Positions 35,989 through 47,043 are shown, counted from the first letter of the stretch. The stretch is 64,000 nucleotides of DNA from Rickettsiaceae bacterium (GCA_963676335.1 OY781057.1:783047-847046), one strand, 5' to 3'. The notes: generated by a model not told the origin, from the letters alone. Numbers and translations are program-made.

Positions 35989-38900
35989 CTATTTTAAATT
36001 TACTCTAACACTTAGAGCCCCTTGATATCCTACAAACTTTTGTCTTAGGACAACATCTACTTTAGCACCAATATTATACATACCATCATTAACTACTGTA
36101 TTTATACCACCACCAACATTAAAAGAAGCTTTGGATGGTTTAATAGCAGTTTTAGCGACATCAATATTATACGCACTAACTTTAGCTGTAATTTTACTAC
36201 CTTTAGCAGTAAAATCATAGTTTAAGTAAGCATGTGCTTCTGGATTAAATTGAGTATCCCCACTATTGATTGTTCCAACTACACTTGTTCCCAAGATACC
36301 AACTACTGAATTTAAAGCTTTATCAGTAATAGTACCAGCTTGACCTTTAATTGAATTATCTGTAGCAGTTTCAGTATAGCCACCTTTAGTAAATCTAGAA
36401 TAAGAAATACCACCTTTAGGAATAATAGATACAGAGTCATTAATAGCATATCTATATTCTAATAACCCTTGTACCCCATACATTGAAGTATCGTATTTAC
36501 CAGTTAAAGTACTGGATGAGAATTGGGTTCCAAGTAAACTGACTACATTACGCTTAGCAGTTACTTTACTATTACCAAAACCTAATACACCTTGAATAGA
36601 AAGATCATTTCCTAAATCATAGCTACCATATGCAGAGAACATATAAGTTTTTGCATCTGTTTTATTTCCAATTGCGGAATCTCTATGTTTAATTTTGGTA
36701 CTTGCATATGTGACAGCACCACCAATTACAGTAGAATCATTAACCTGCGCATCCGCACCGATTGTAAATCCGACAAGGTTGTTTTTATACCCTGAAAAGT
36801 TTTTACGCATTTTTTGCTTACTTGCTCCACCAAACGCAGTTCCCCAAACACCAAATGGAACATTTTCCCCTTCACCAGAAGACACACCTATTGGCATAGG
36901 TGCAACAGCATTAAGCCTACTGCCAAGCGTAGAAAATATATTACTCGTTAAATCCTGAGCAGCATTATCAACGGCTCTAGCTTCCGTAACTGGATCTGCA
37001 CTTGATTTTTCTATAATATTTTCTAGCAGGTCAACTCTACCTGATTCAACCATTTTTGTTATCAAATTTCTTTCTTCTACTGAAATACATTCGTTATATC
37101 CCTGTACTATATCATTAATACCATTTACAAATTTTTTAACATCTTGTTTATTAAGAGAATCACCAGCATTATCTGCTAACTTCATTATTTCATTTGTTAT
37201 TTTTAATTCTTCAGCATCAGGTATTGTTGCACCTGGAACTGTACCTGGTGTTGCGCTTATAGTTATTTTAGCAGTCAACTTACCATTTTCATCTAATGTA
37301 TATGAAAGAAGTTTACCACCTATTTCATCAGGATAAGCATCTTCAGCAGATCTAACAGCTTTAGAGAAATCAATACCTTTACCAGAAACTACTGTAAAGG
37401 ATTGTCCATTTACAGGCATTTTTCCTTCGTTTCTTTCAACTAAGACTGAAACATCTGTTACACCTGAAACATCACCATCCGTTATAACAACATTACCCAT
37501 ATTGTCACCATCGTAACTAGTATAAATCTCTAATTCACCAGTTAAAGTACCTTTACTTATTGTTAATGTTTTTGTAGACAGACCCAATTGAACATCTGCA
37601 CCGGTGGTAGTACCAGCTAAGGTAACATTATTCGATAACAAAAAGCTATTCCCTTTTCCTAAATCGATTACATTAGAATAAATTTCTTCACCAAGAATAT
37701 AATTCTTATTAGTATTAAGTTTTAAAGAATTCATTGGAGCAGCTGAAGTACCTAATTTACCAATATAAAAATCTTTTTCAACTGTAATATCTCCTTTGCC
37801 ACTAGCGCTTAATAAAGCTCCTACATCTTTAAAAACCACTTTTCCAGTATCTGCAACATTTAATTCTTTAACAAAGGTCAACCCACTAAAAGTTGTAGTT
37901 TCGCTACCTGTAAGATTTATTTTTTTTGCAATAGCATAACCAACTTCATTATTTTTTCCTTTTAATATAGCTTCACCTACGGAATAACAATCTGCTAAAA
38001 GACCAGCGCTATCAAAGGTCTGTTGATCTGGATAATATTGGAAGCTTTCTATTGATTCCAACATTTCTTTCATATAATCTACTTCTACCACAGAACTATC
38101 TCCTAAACCAACAATTGCATTATCTCCAATTCTATCATTATCTCCTTCAAAAGTAACTTTTGTATTGATACCAGTTAAGCCAGCGTATACGTTTATTCCA
38201 TCATTAACTTCAATATTAGCATTTTTTCCACTAAATTTAAAATATCCTAATGGCTTATCTTTAGATCCAAAATTACTAGTAAAGGCATACTTAACATCAT
38301 CTTGAGTAATCTCTACACCACCTATTCCAGCAGTTTCTGTTGTAAATGTAAATAATGCTTTAGATCCAATTACGTCATCTACTGAATTAAGTTTTATGCT
38401 ACCACTCTCTGTTCCTTTAAAATTAATACCTTTTACATTCTTAGCATTGACTAATACAAGATTAGCTCCAGCAATATTTACTATCCCATCATGAACTATT
38501 TCCTCAACTTTAACATCTGCATTATTATCTCCTTTTACAAAATTAACTATAGAATCTTTATTAACAGTAATTTTTTTAAATACACCTCCTCCAAAAGCAC
38601 CTATAGATTTTGCTTCTATAGTAATTGGAGCTATCGCTCCCCCAATTATTGTTGAGGTTTTTCCGTCTCCTTTTAAACGTATATTACTCCATGCAAAACT
38701 AGATTTGATACCACCAACAATTTTACTATTTTCCATATTTAAAGTGTTATTTGCAGCATTAGAATCAATACCCTCTGTTGTATATATACTACTTCCATCC
38801 ATATTTAAGGTTGTAGAGTTTTTGCTTAAAATAACTTTTTTAATAGGAGTACCATCTGCACCAATACTAGTTCCAGATAAGGTAACGATACCACCGCCAT

Positions 38901-41900
38901 CTATTGACACAGCACCTTTTCCTTTAGAGTTTTTTGTGGTGAATTTATAGCTACCTTTAGTTTTAGCTAAACTTAAACTTAGATCATTATCCCCAAAATC
39001 AATAAGATTTACATATACATTCCCACTAAAGGTTAATGTATTTGCTTTATCCATCAAAATTTGTTTTAACATTTTAGTTTCTTCTCCAACAGTATCCATA
39101 AATTTAACCGCTTCAGAAGAAGTAAATTTTAATGATCCTGTCTTATCTGTAACAACCTCAACCTTTCTTATAATAGGGTTTGCATCACTTACTGCTAAGA
39201 TACCATCTTGCATGAAGGATATTTTATTTGCTCCAATTTGTGTAGCAGCAAATGTATCTGTAGTATCAATTTTTATCTGACTTAATCTATTATCATTAGC
39301 ATTGTCGCCATCTACACCAAGTTTTTGAGATACCCCTCCAGCAGAAATTTTTACTATACCTTTTCCTTTACTACCTAAAATATCTGTATTCAAAGCTGGA
39401 ACTTTACCATCTTTTCCTTTAGCTAAATTTAAACTTAGCTCTGTATCTTTACCACCACTTCCAATAACTATATTTTCACTAATATAAACATTATTAGTTA
39501 GCGTTGCACTATCTCCGGTAAATTTAAGTTGTTTAAATCTTGCATTCTCTGTACCAACATTAGCAATTGAAGCATTTCCAACTTGAAGCGTACCTACTCC
39601 ATTATTTGTAGTTGTATATTTTACATCTGAATTAGTCATTCCATCTCCAATGATAAGAGTTGTGTCGGTTGCGTTATCTAAATTAATTTCTTTAACATAA
39701 ACTTTCCCATTAACGCCCCCCCCATTAGTAAAGACAATTTTATTTACCCTTACTGTATCATTATTACCAATTACGGTGGTAATTTTCGCATCTTGTTTTG
39801 TAAATTTCAAAATACCATCTCCATCATTATCAACTGAAACATTTGTTTTTAATTCTCCCCCAATTGTTAACTCACCTCCATTCCCTAATTTGACAGCATT
39901 TATATTAGTTCCTGCATTTCCTATATCACCAGTAACGATCCATTTACTACCTACTTTCAATGTACCATTATTACCACCAGTACTAATAATTTGACCATTA
40001 ACTGTATGAGAATTTTCTGTATCATTTAATTCGATAGTTGCAGCGTTATTATTAAAATCGATATCTCCAAAAATATCACGCCCTAAGGTATAAGTTCCAG
40101 TGCTTCCAGCTTTAACATTAACAAGACTACCTGCTGCGCCGATTGTAGATAATATAGATGCAGTGTCGCCAGCGTTAGCGCCTAAAGTTAAGGTGCCACC
40201 ATTTCCAGTTATAGGCACACCAGTAATTGTACTTCCATTCGCTACTGTAACGTTGTTTGCAGCAATTTCAATTCCTTGTAAATTTGCAATAGCTCCACCA
40301 ATGTTTCCTGCTGCATTAAAAATCACTTTACCATAAGCACCATCGCTTGTTACTGCCGCAACATCAAATTTTCCGACAGTTATTGTTGTGCCAACAGCAT
40401 TTGCCTTAATTTTAAATTCTTTAGCATGTAATTCCCCAACAGTGATAGTTGCTGCATTATCATTTGAAACAACGAATTCATTAGTATGTACTTTAGCGAA
40501 TTTATGATCCCCAGCAGCAGCAGATAATTTTTTAACTTCCACTTTTTTAACATTTGCTCCTACAACTCCGATATCATTTACAAAAGTAACGTTTTTGCCA
40601 TTAGTTATAGATTCTACAGTTCCGAACCCAGGATTGTTATTCGTGATTGCTCCAATAAATGTTATAGCAGCAGCAGTAGCATTTACTTGCAATGTTGCAT
40701 CGTTAGCAAATACAAGCCCGCCAGCAAGAGTAGTATCTCCACTTATAACAGCAGTAGCGGTGTCGTTAATTGTAAACGCAGCACCACCATTATTAGAATC
40801 AGCTTTTATTTTTTGAAAATTTACTATACCATCTCCACTAACTAAGATGTTGTTAATACTATTCGTATTTCCAATTTCTGCATTGATATTGACACCATTG
40901 CCATCAGCAGTTTTGATAGATAGAATTCCTTGCTTAGCAGCAACACTACCATCTATTTTAGCAGCTGTGAAATTAATCGCTCCATTAGTTGCGTCGAGGG
41001 TCAATGTTTTAGTGTCAAGGATTGCTACACTACCAGCACCAGCATCGAACGTATATCCACCAATTATTGTGGTATTAGCATTAACATTAAATGCTTTTGT
41101 ATATATGTTTCCAGTTAAGGTAACGTTTTTAGCGCCTTGTGTTGTTAATTCTGCAAGACGAGCAGCATTAGTAGCTCCCAACAAACCTGTGTAATTAATA
41201 TCGCCATTTGCTGCATTAAATATAGCAATACCCTTATCACCACCGGCAGCAACAAGCCCAGTGTTTGCCGCTCCATCACCAGCGGTAATTGTTGTTCCAG
41301 CAGCAACAGCATTAAACGTTATTTTAGAACCAGCGTTTGTTAAATTTGCTTTTGTTATATTAACAGTTTGAGCAGTAATCTGTAATTCGTGTGCAACAGC
41401 ATTGCTAAATTCTACTGTTGTAACATCTACCAATCCAGTAATGTTTAATTTAGCAACATTATTATTTGCATCACTTAAGAAAACTTTACTTGCATAGACG
41501 TCTCCTGTAATTGTATGTTGGTTATTACCAGCAGAATCTACTTCAATGGTACCGAATCTTTTATTTACGCCGTTATCACCGATATTTCCTTTAAAAGTAA
41601 CATTATTAGCATTATTCCCTGCAAAATAAAGGAGACCTGTGTTATCAGTTGTTGTCGTTATATTTGCAGCAACCGTTTTCGCACCACCATTAGCATCAAT
41701 CGTCAATTTATGATTTTGTCTACCAAATTCAATAGTATTCACGTTAACGTTACCTACTTTAACCTGTGCTACATTAGTGTCCTTTGTTAATTGTATTTTA
41801 TCAATCCGATTCGCACTACCAATATCCCCATCTATTATAATATCTTGCGCACCAGCGGCAGTTCCTTTAAATACTAAAATGCCATTACCAGCAACACTAC

Positions 41901-42699
41901 CATCAATCGCTCCAGTATACGTACCATTAGCACCACCAGCAACCAATGTTAACTTCGCCCCGGCGCCTAACGTAGCATTAGCTTTTGTTGCTGCATTAAT
42001 CAATGTTCTTGTTGTATCTGAATTATCTTCTAAGGTTAATTTTATTGCATTATTTGCACCAATCGCACCAGCGCCTAGACCCAATTTACCGTTTACAATT
42101 ACCTCTACAGCATTAACAGCATTAGCAACATCAATAGTACCTGCAAAGTCACCTAGATCAGTGCCTGCTGCGCCCCCTAGATATAACTTTTGCCCTGCAT
42201 TTCTACCATCAAATATAATAGCCCCCAAATGCGAAACACCAGCATCACCACCATTAATTCCGTGGCCAGCAGTACCTAATAATTTGAAAACGTTATTATC
42301 TTGATTCTCGAAAGTTAAGCTTATTACCTCTGCAGCGACTGCTTTAATATACGTATGAGAAACAGTAACCCCTCCAGCATTTCCTAAAGCAATTATTTTA
42401 GCACCGTTGTTATCTAAGTCTAGGTATCCTAAATCAACAGTTAGGTCATACGTTAAATTCATCCCATTGGAAAGTTTAATCGTATCATCTTTCTGGACTA
42501 CCCCTGCTGCTGCTCCTCCTATTATTTGAAGATTTGCTCCATCACTTAATTTTCCCGCTCCCCCATTTGTTACTTCTAAATTACGCCCCCAAGCTGTTCC
42601 GCTATTAGCTATCATACCTATAGCTGAAGCTGCGCTTAGCAAGCCAATTATAAATTTTTTATTTCGTATTTTTGGTTTTTCGTTCATAGAATTCTCCAT
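35989..42699 (-). CDS. Giant autotransporter (type Va) surface protein, Sca/rOmp-like
   Basis: 2236 aa with an extended signal peptide ...IGLLSAASAIGMIANSGTAWG. The long Gly/Asn/Thr/Ala/Ile-rich passenger is followed by a C-terminal ~280-aa beta-barrel (FGVWGTAFGGASKQK...GYQGALSVRVNLK). Confidence 0.9.
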   Translation of the reverse strand: MENSMNEKPKIRNKKFIIGLLSAASAIGMIANSGTAWGRNLEVTNGGAGKLSDGANLQIIGGAAAGVVQKDDTIKLSNGMNLTYDLTVDLGYLDLDNNGAKIIALGNAGGVTVSHTYIKAVAAEVISLTFENQDNNVFKLLGTAGHGINGGDAGVSHLGAIIFDGRNAGQKLYLGGAAGTDLGDFAGTIDVANAVNAVEVIVNGKLGLGAGAIGANNAIKLTLEDNSDTTRTLINAATKANATLGAGAKLTLVAGGANGTYTGAIDGSVAGNGILVFKGTAAGAQDIIIDGDIGSANRIDKIQLTKDTNVAQVKVGNVNVNTIEFGRQNHKLTIDANGGAKTVAANITTTTDNTGLLYFAGNNANNVTFKGNIGDNGVNKRFGTIEVDSAGNNQHTITGDVYASKVFLSDANNNVAKLNITGLVDVTTVEFSNAVAHELQITAQTVNITKANLTNAGSKITFNAVAAGTTITAGDGAANTGLVAAGGDKGIAIFNAANGDINYTGLLGATNAARLAELTTQGAKNVTLTGNIYTKAFNVNANTTIIGGYTFDAGAGSVAILDTKTLTLDATNGAINFTAAKIDGSVAAKQGILSIKTADGNGVNINAEIGNTNSINNILVSGDGIVNFQKIKADSNNGGAAFTINDTATAVISGDTTLAGGLVFANDATLQVNATAAAITFIGAITNNNPGFGTVESITNGKNVTFVNDIGVVGANVKKVEVKKLSAAAGDHKFAKVHTNEFVVSNDNAATITVGELHAKEFKIKANAVGTTITVGKFDVAAVTSDGAYGKVIFNAAGNIGGAIANLQGIEIAANNVTVANGSTITGVPITGNGGTLTLGANAGDTASILSTIGAAGSLVNVKAGSTGTYTLGRDIFGDIDFNNNAATIELNDTENSHTVNGQIISTGGNNGTLKVGSKWIVTGDIGNAGTNINAVKLGNGGELTIGGELKTNVSVDNDGDGILKFTKQDAKITTVIGNNDTVRVNKIVFTNGGGVNGKVYVKEINLDNATDTTLIIGDGMTNSDVKYTTTNNGVGTLQVGNASIANVGTENARFKQLKFTGDSATLTNNVYISENIVIGSGGKDTELSLNLAKGKDGKVPALNTDILGSKGKGIVKISAGGVSQKLGVDGDNANDNRLSQIKIDTTDTFAATQIGANKISFMQDGILAVSDANPIIRKVEVVTDKTGSLKFTSSEAVKFMDTVGEETKMLKQILMDKANTLTFSGNVYVNLIDFGDNDLSLSLAKTKGSYKFTTKNSKGKGAVSIDGGGIVTLSGTSIGADGTPIKKVILSKNSTTLNMDGSSIYTTEGIDSNAANNTLNMENSKIVGGIKSSFAWSNIRLKGDGKTSTIIGGAIAPITIEAKSIGAFGGGVFKKITVNKDSIVNFVKGDNNADVKVEEIVHDGIVNIAGANLVLVNAKNVKGINFKGTESGSIKLNSVDDVIGSKALFTFTTETAGIGGVEITQDDVKYAFTSNFGSKDKPLGYFKFSGKNANIEVNDGINVYAGLTGINTKVTFEGDNDRIGDNAIVGLGDSSVVEVDYMKEMLESIESFQYYPDQQTFDSAGLLADCYSVGEAILKGKNNEVGYAIAKKINLTGSETTTFSGLTFVKELNVADTGKVVFKDVGALLSASGKGDITVEKDFYIGKLGTSAAPMNSLKLNTNKNYILGEEIYSNVIDLGKGNSFLLSNNVTLAGTTTGADVQLGLSTKTLTISKGTLTGELEIYTSYDGDNMGNVVITDGDVSGVTDVSVLVERNEGKMPVNGQSFTVVSGKGIDFSKAVRSAEDAYPDEIGGKLLSYTLDENGKLTAKITISATPGTVPGATIPDAEELKITNEIMKLADNAGDSLNKQDVKKFVNGINDIVQGYNECISVEERNLITKMVESGRVDLLENIIEKSSADPVTEARAVDNAAQDLTSNIFSTLGSRLNAVAPMPIGVSSGEGENVPFGVWGTAFGGASKQKMRKNFSGYKNNLVGFTIGADAQVNDSTVIGGAVTYASTKIKHRDSAIGNKTDAKTYMFSAYGSYDLGNDLSIQGVLGFGNSKVTAKRNVVSLLGTQFSSSTLTGKYDTSMYGVQGLLEYRYAINDSVSIIPKGGISYSRFTKGGYTETATDNSIKGQAGTITDKALNSVVGILGTSVVGTINSGDTQFNPEAHAYLNYDFTAKGSKITAKVSAYNIDVAKTAIKPSKASFNVGGGINTVVNDGMYNIGAKVDVVLRQKFVGYQGALSVRVNLK

Positions 42700-42857
42700 T
42701 TATTAATTAAGAATTTAAAATAAATATCTTATTTGAGTTTTAGTATACAAAAACGTTGTAAGTATATACAAGTTAATGTTAAATATCCAGTAACTATTTA
42801 CTGATAGATCGCTCTAATTTGTTGTAAAAATACAATAATTGAGTATATTCAATTAAC

Positions 42858-44960
42858 TTGGATAATATAAGTATGATAATACCAAAATTTAAAATTTCTA
42901 AAATATTTTTTTCTGCAATATATTTATTTACCGCAGCATATTTAACATTAGCATTATTTTCATATAATAAATACGATCCATCTTACAATGTCGCTATTTC
43001 TAGTGAAGTAGATAATATACTAGGAGAGAGGGGGGCAGTAATTTCTGATTTATTGATACAGATGTTTGGGTATGGAAGTGGGTTATTTATAATAATCCTG
43101 CTATCTTGGAGTGTATTATTATTTCTACAAAGATATCTTACTCATCTTTTAACCCGATTTTTTTTTAGTTTAGTAACAACTCTTTCTTTATCGTTTATAC
43201 TAGCTAAATTTAAATTTAGCACACTAATTTCAGGACCTGGTGGGGCAATGGGAAAGATTATAGCAAATTTGTTACCTACTATACATTATATATATTTAGC
43301 TATGGCGTTAATTATTTTATTATTACCATTATCATTCGGTTACCCCTTAAGACTTTATGCCATATTATTCAAAAAGCTAAGGTTAATGTCTTACTTAAAA
43401 GTTAAAGAGTATAGGAAAGCTTCTAAACGCAGTAAAAACAAAATAAAGGACATAAAGCAAAGAGATATATCGCAAGAAAAAGGCTTTATACTTCCAAATT
43501 CTAATTTATTAACCTGGAGTAGTAATTTAAAAATTCCTAAAGACACAGCGGAGCAACTCAATCAATCCGCATCTCAATTAGTCAATGTGCTCAAGGATTT
43601 TGGAGTTAATGGTAACATTGTAAATATTAATCAAGGGCCAGTAGTGACTTTATATGAACTGGAGCCAGCGGCTGGAACAAAATCATCAAGAGTTATAGGA
43701 TTGTCAGACGATATTGCAAGATCGTTATGCGCATTATCTACACGTATAGCAACCATCCCAGGGCGTAATGTTTTAGGTATTGAATTGCCAAATAAACAAA
43801 GAATGTTTTTCGGATTAAAAGAATTATTAGAAAGTAAAGAATATAACGATAAGGATATTATCCTTCCTATAATTTTAGGAAAAGATATCAGTGGAGATGC
43901 ATATGTAGTTGATTTAGCTCGAATGCCTCATTTATTGGTTGCTGGAACAACGGGATCCGGTAAATCTGTAGCTATTAACGTAATGATTCTATCTTTATTG
44001 TATAGATATACCCCCGAAGAATGTAAGTTTGTCATGATCGATCCTAAAATGCTAGAACTGTCTGTATATGCCGATATACCTCATTTACTAACACCAGTTG
44101 TTACTGAGCCAGCAAAAGCCGTTACAGCTTTAAAATGGGCAGTAAAAGAAATGGAAAATAGGTACAGGTTAATGTCTAATTTGAATGTACGAAATATTAC
44201 AGGATTTAATCAACGCATTAATCGCGCTAGAGAACAAAATGAGGTTTTGCAAAAAAAAGCACATGTCGGATTTAATCCAGTAGATGGAAAGCCAATTTAT
44301 GAAAGTATTCCATTGAGTAGTGAGCCTCTTCCTTTTATTGTTGTAATAGTTGATGAAATGGCTGATTTAATGCTAGTTGCAGGAAAAGAAATAGAGGCTT
44401 CTATACAAAGATTAGCTCAAATGGCTAGAGCAGCTGGAATACATATAATTATGGCCACTCAAAGACCTTCTGTAGACGTAGTTACAGGCGTTATTAAAGC
44501 TAATTTTCCTAGCAGAATTAGCTTTAGAGTCACTTCTAAAATTGATAGCAGAACAATATTAAGCGAAATGGGAGCAGAACAATTACTTGGTATGGGCGAT
44601 ATGTTATACATGAGTACTAAAGTCAATAGAGTCCACTGCCCGTTCGTCTCCGATCAAGAAGTTGAATCCATTGTGCAATTCTTGAAATCTCAAGGAAGTC
44701 CAAAATATGTTACAGAGGTATTGCTAGAGGAAGAAAAATTAGATAGTATAGAAAACGTTATTAATAGTGAAGATAATGATTTATATCAACAAGCATTACA
44801 AATAGTAAAAAAAGATAAGAAAGTTTCCATTAGTTATGTGCAAAGAAGTCTAAGAATAGGATATAATCGCGCTGCCACTATCATAGAACGTATGGAAAAA
44901 GAAGGGATAATCTCTCCTCCTAACCATAGCGGAAAAAGAGAAATTTTAACAAAGGAATAA
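42858..44960 (+). CDS. ftsK: DNA translocase FtsK
   Basis: N-terminal TM segments, Walker A GTTGSGKSV, VVIVDEMADL, ATQRPSVDV and the C-terminal gamma-domain YVQRSLRIGYNRAATIIERME. Confidence 0.95.
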   Translation: MDNISMIIPKFKISKIFFSAIYLFTAAYLTLALFSYNKYDPSYNVAISSEVDNILGERGAVISDLLIQMFGYGSGLFIIILLSWSVLLFLQRYLTHLLTRFFFSLVTTLSLSFILAKFKFSTLISGPGGAMGKIIANLLPTIHYIYLAMALIILLLPLSFGYPLRLYAILFKKLRLMSYLKVKEYRKASKRSKNKIKDIKQRDISQEKGFILPNSNLLTWSSNLKIPKDTAEQLNQSASQLVNVLKDFGVNGNIVNINQGPVVTLYELEPAAGTKSSRVIGLSDDIARSLCALSTRIATIPGRNVLGIELPNKQRMFFGLKELLESKEYNDKDIILPIILGKDISGDAYVVDLARMPHLLVAGTTGSGKSVAINVMILSLLYRYTPEECKFVMIDPKMLELSVYADIPHLLTPVVTEPAKAVTALKWAVKEMENRYRLMSNLNVRNITGFNQRINRAREQNEVLQKKAHVGFNPVDGKPIYESIPLSSEPLPFIVVIVDEMADLMLVAGKEIEASIQRLAQMARAAGIHIIMATQRPSVDVVTGVIKANFPSRISFRVTSKIDSRTILSEMGAEQLLGMGDMLYMSTKVNRVHCPFVSDQEVESIVQFLKSQGSPKYVTEVLLEEEKLDSIENVINSEDNDLYQQALQIVKKDKKVSISYVQRSLRIGYNRAATIIERMEKEGIISPPNHSGKREILTKE

Positions 44961-45028
44961 TAGATGAGAAAGAAAATAGGAACCTTTTTAAACAAAGGAA
45001 TCAAGATGAGAAAGAAAATAGGAACCTT
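44948..45028 (+). repeat. Imperfect 42/43-bp tandem duplication spanning the ftsK stop and the start of the next gene
   Basis: aacaaaggaa-taatag-ATGAGAAAGAAAATAGGAACCTT (44948-44986) is repeated as aacaaaggaa-tcaag-ATGAGAAAGAAAATAGGAACCTT (44991-45028). Confidence 0.9.
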
Positions 45029-45266
45029 ATATATGGGGTTAATTGGCATAATTGGTCAGCTTTTTTATTTTCTCCAAGCCTATAAAATATTTTATACTAA
45101 ATCCGCAGAAGACTTATCTTTACCAGGGTTTGGTATCTTTTGTGTAGCAGCTATAAGTTGGCTTGCATATGGTATAATATTAAAAAATATCCCCCTGATT
45201 GCAGCTAACTTCCTAGCTTTAATAGGAATTGTATTAGTTATAACTGGAATATTACTTTACGGATAA
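45006..45266 (+). CDS. SemiSWEET (PQ-loop/MtN3-like) small transporter. An alternative duplicated start at 44964 would add 14 aa.
   Basis: LQAYKIFYTKSAEDLSL...WLAYGIILKNIPLIAANFLAL parallels the Bradyrhizobium SemiSWEET (PQFIKVLKTRSARDISL...WLIYGLLSGDAPLIASN, recalled from memory). It has 3 TM segments and is 86 aa from the 45006 start. Confidence 0.7.
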   Translation: MRKKIGTLYMGLIGIIGQLFYFLQAYKIFYTKSAEDLSLPGFGIFCVAAISWLAYGIILKNIPLIAANFLALIGIVLVITGILLYG

Positions 45267-45274
45267 AACCTAAT

Positions 45275-47038
45275 ATGTCTTCTCATATTTTTTCTATCGA
45301 AAATGGAGTCCTACATTTTGCAGATAAATTGATAATTCAAAATTTAGAAATATATTTGTATTTAAATAACAGAATTTGCTTAATTGGACGTAACGGCTCT
45401 GGTAAATCCAGTCTGCTAAAATTAATATATGGTATATATACACTAGATGCTGGTAAAATATATCAAAGCCCTGAAGTAAAAATCGCATACCTAAATCAAG
45501 AAAATCAATTACCTAAAGATAAGACTGTGTCAGAAATTATATACAGTCATGCGAAAGAACCATATTATGGGGATATGTTTATAGATCATTTGCAACTTGA
45601 TAAAAATCAATATTGCGGAGAAATATCAGGCGGACAACAGCGTAGAGTTGCTTTAGCCGCTATATTATCTACTCAAGCAGATATATTGCTTCTAGACGAA
45701 CCTACAAATCATTTAGACGTTGGTTCTATAGAATGGCTAGAACAATATCTAAAATCTTATAAGGGATCCGTCATATGCGTCAGCCATGATCGCAGTTTCC
45801 TAAACAATATAACTAATAAAGTTTGGTGGCTCTACAATACTATCTTACGTAAGTCAGACAAGGGCTTTGAAAGCTTTGAAACGTGGCAAGAAGAAGTATT
45901 ATCAGCCGAAGAAAGACAATTGGTAAAATTAAATAAACAATTATCTACCGAGGAATCTTGGTTACATGGAGGAGTCACAGCTCGGAGAAAACGTAATCAA
46001 AAACGATTATCTAATCTAAGATTCTTAAAAGAGGATCTACGTAGTAAACAAAAAACTACTTATCAGGCTAAAGTAAAAAGTCTTGAGCTCTCTCTTAAAT
46101 TAGTAAAGAAAAGTCACTTTATTATAGAAGCAGAAAATATTAGCTTTGGGTATGAAAAAAAAATATTAATAAAAGATTTCTCATTACGAGTTATTAAAGG
46201 AGAAAAAATAGGTATCATTGGCCCGAACGGTTGCGGTAAATCCACATTAATAAAAGTTTTGCTACAATTAATTCCTCCTTTCGAAGGAAGGGTAAAACAA
46301 AACGAAAATTTAAATATTAGCTACTTCGATCAAAATGCACCACTAAATCTTGAATCTACTGTAGCTAAATTATTATGCCCCGGAGAAGGAGAGTTTATAA
46401 CTCTCACTAAAAGATCTTTACATGCCGCATCTTATATAAAACAATTTATGTTCGATCCTAGAGTCTTATACGATAAAGTAGGAACGTTATCCGGAGGTCA
46501 GCGCTGTAGATTGTCACTTGCTAAAATTTTAATCAATCCAGGTAATTTACTAATTTTAGATGAACCCACCAACGATCTAGATATGGAAAGCTTAGATATG
46601 CTACTAGACATATTGCATGAATACACCGGAACACTCTTAATAGTAAGTCATGATAGAGATTTTTTAGATCGATTAGTTACAAGAAGCTTAGTCTTGACAA
46701 AAGAAGGAAAAATACTTGATATAATTGGCGGATATACCGATTACTTAAATTACTATTCAGAAACACCAAAAACCAAGGATAAGAAAAAATTTATTAAAGA
46801 AGAAAAAATATCTAAAAAATTAAAAATTTCATATAAAGATCAAAGAAATTTAGAAATACTCCCAACTCAAATTAATGAATTAGAACTTCTAATTAAACAA
46901 ATAGAAGAACAATTAAGTAATCAAAATTTATATCAAGAAAATAAAAATAAATATCTAGCTCTATCTAAATCCCTTGAGGACAACAAAATTCTTTTAGAAA
47001 AATTACTTCAACAATGGATTCAAATAGAAGAAAAATAG
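45275..47038 (+). CDS. uup: ABC-F family ATPase (Uup-like), two ABC domains plus a C-terminal coiled coil
   Basis: GRNGSGKSS and GPNGCGKST Walker A motifs, two LSGGQ signatures, and no TM domain. Confidence 0.8.
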   Translation: MSSHIFSIENGVLHFADKLIIQNLEIYLYLNNRICLIGRNGSGKSSLLKLIYGIYTLDAGKIYQSPEVKIAYLNQENQLPKDKTVSEIIYSHAKEPYYGDMFIDHLQLDKNQYCGEISGGQQRRVALAAILSTQADILLLDEPTNHLDVGSIEWLEQYLKSYKGSVICVSHDRSFLNNITNKVWWLYNTILRKSDKGFESFETWQEEVLSAEERQLVKLNKQLSTEESWLHGGVTARRKRNQKRLSNLRFLKEDLRSKQKTTYQAKVKSLELSLKLVKKSHFIIEAENISFGYEKKILIKDFSLRVIKGEKIGIIGPNGCGKSTLIKVLLQLIPPFEGRVKQNENLNISYFDQNAPLNLESTVAKLLCPGEGEFITLTKRSLHAASYIKQFMFDPRVLYDKVGTLSGGQRCRLSLAKILINPGNLLILDEPTNDLDMESLDMLLDILHEYTGTLLIVSHDRDFLDRLVTRSLVLTKEGKILDIIGGYTDYLNYYSETPKTKDKKKFIKEEKISKKLKISYKDQRNLEILPTQINELELLIKQIEEQLSNQNLYQENKNKYLALSKSLEDNKILLEKLLQQWIQIEEK

Positions 47039-47043
47039 TATAT

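Noticed and set aside
36695-42304. Ten plus-strand ORFs of 62-175 aa (e.g. 41777-42304, 40847-41194) inside the autotransporter gene
   Set aside because: All are antisense to a 2236-aa ORF with clear signal-peptide, passenger and barrel architecture. Their products are low-complexity and Pro/Ala/Val/Leu-rich, as expected from the complement of Gly/Asn/Thr/Ala codons.
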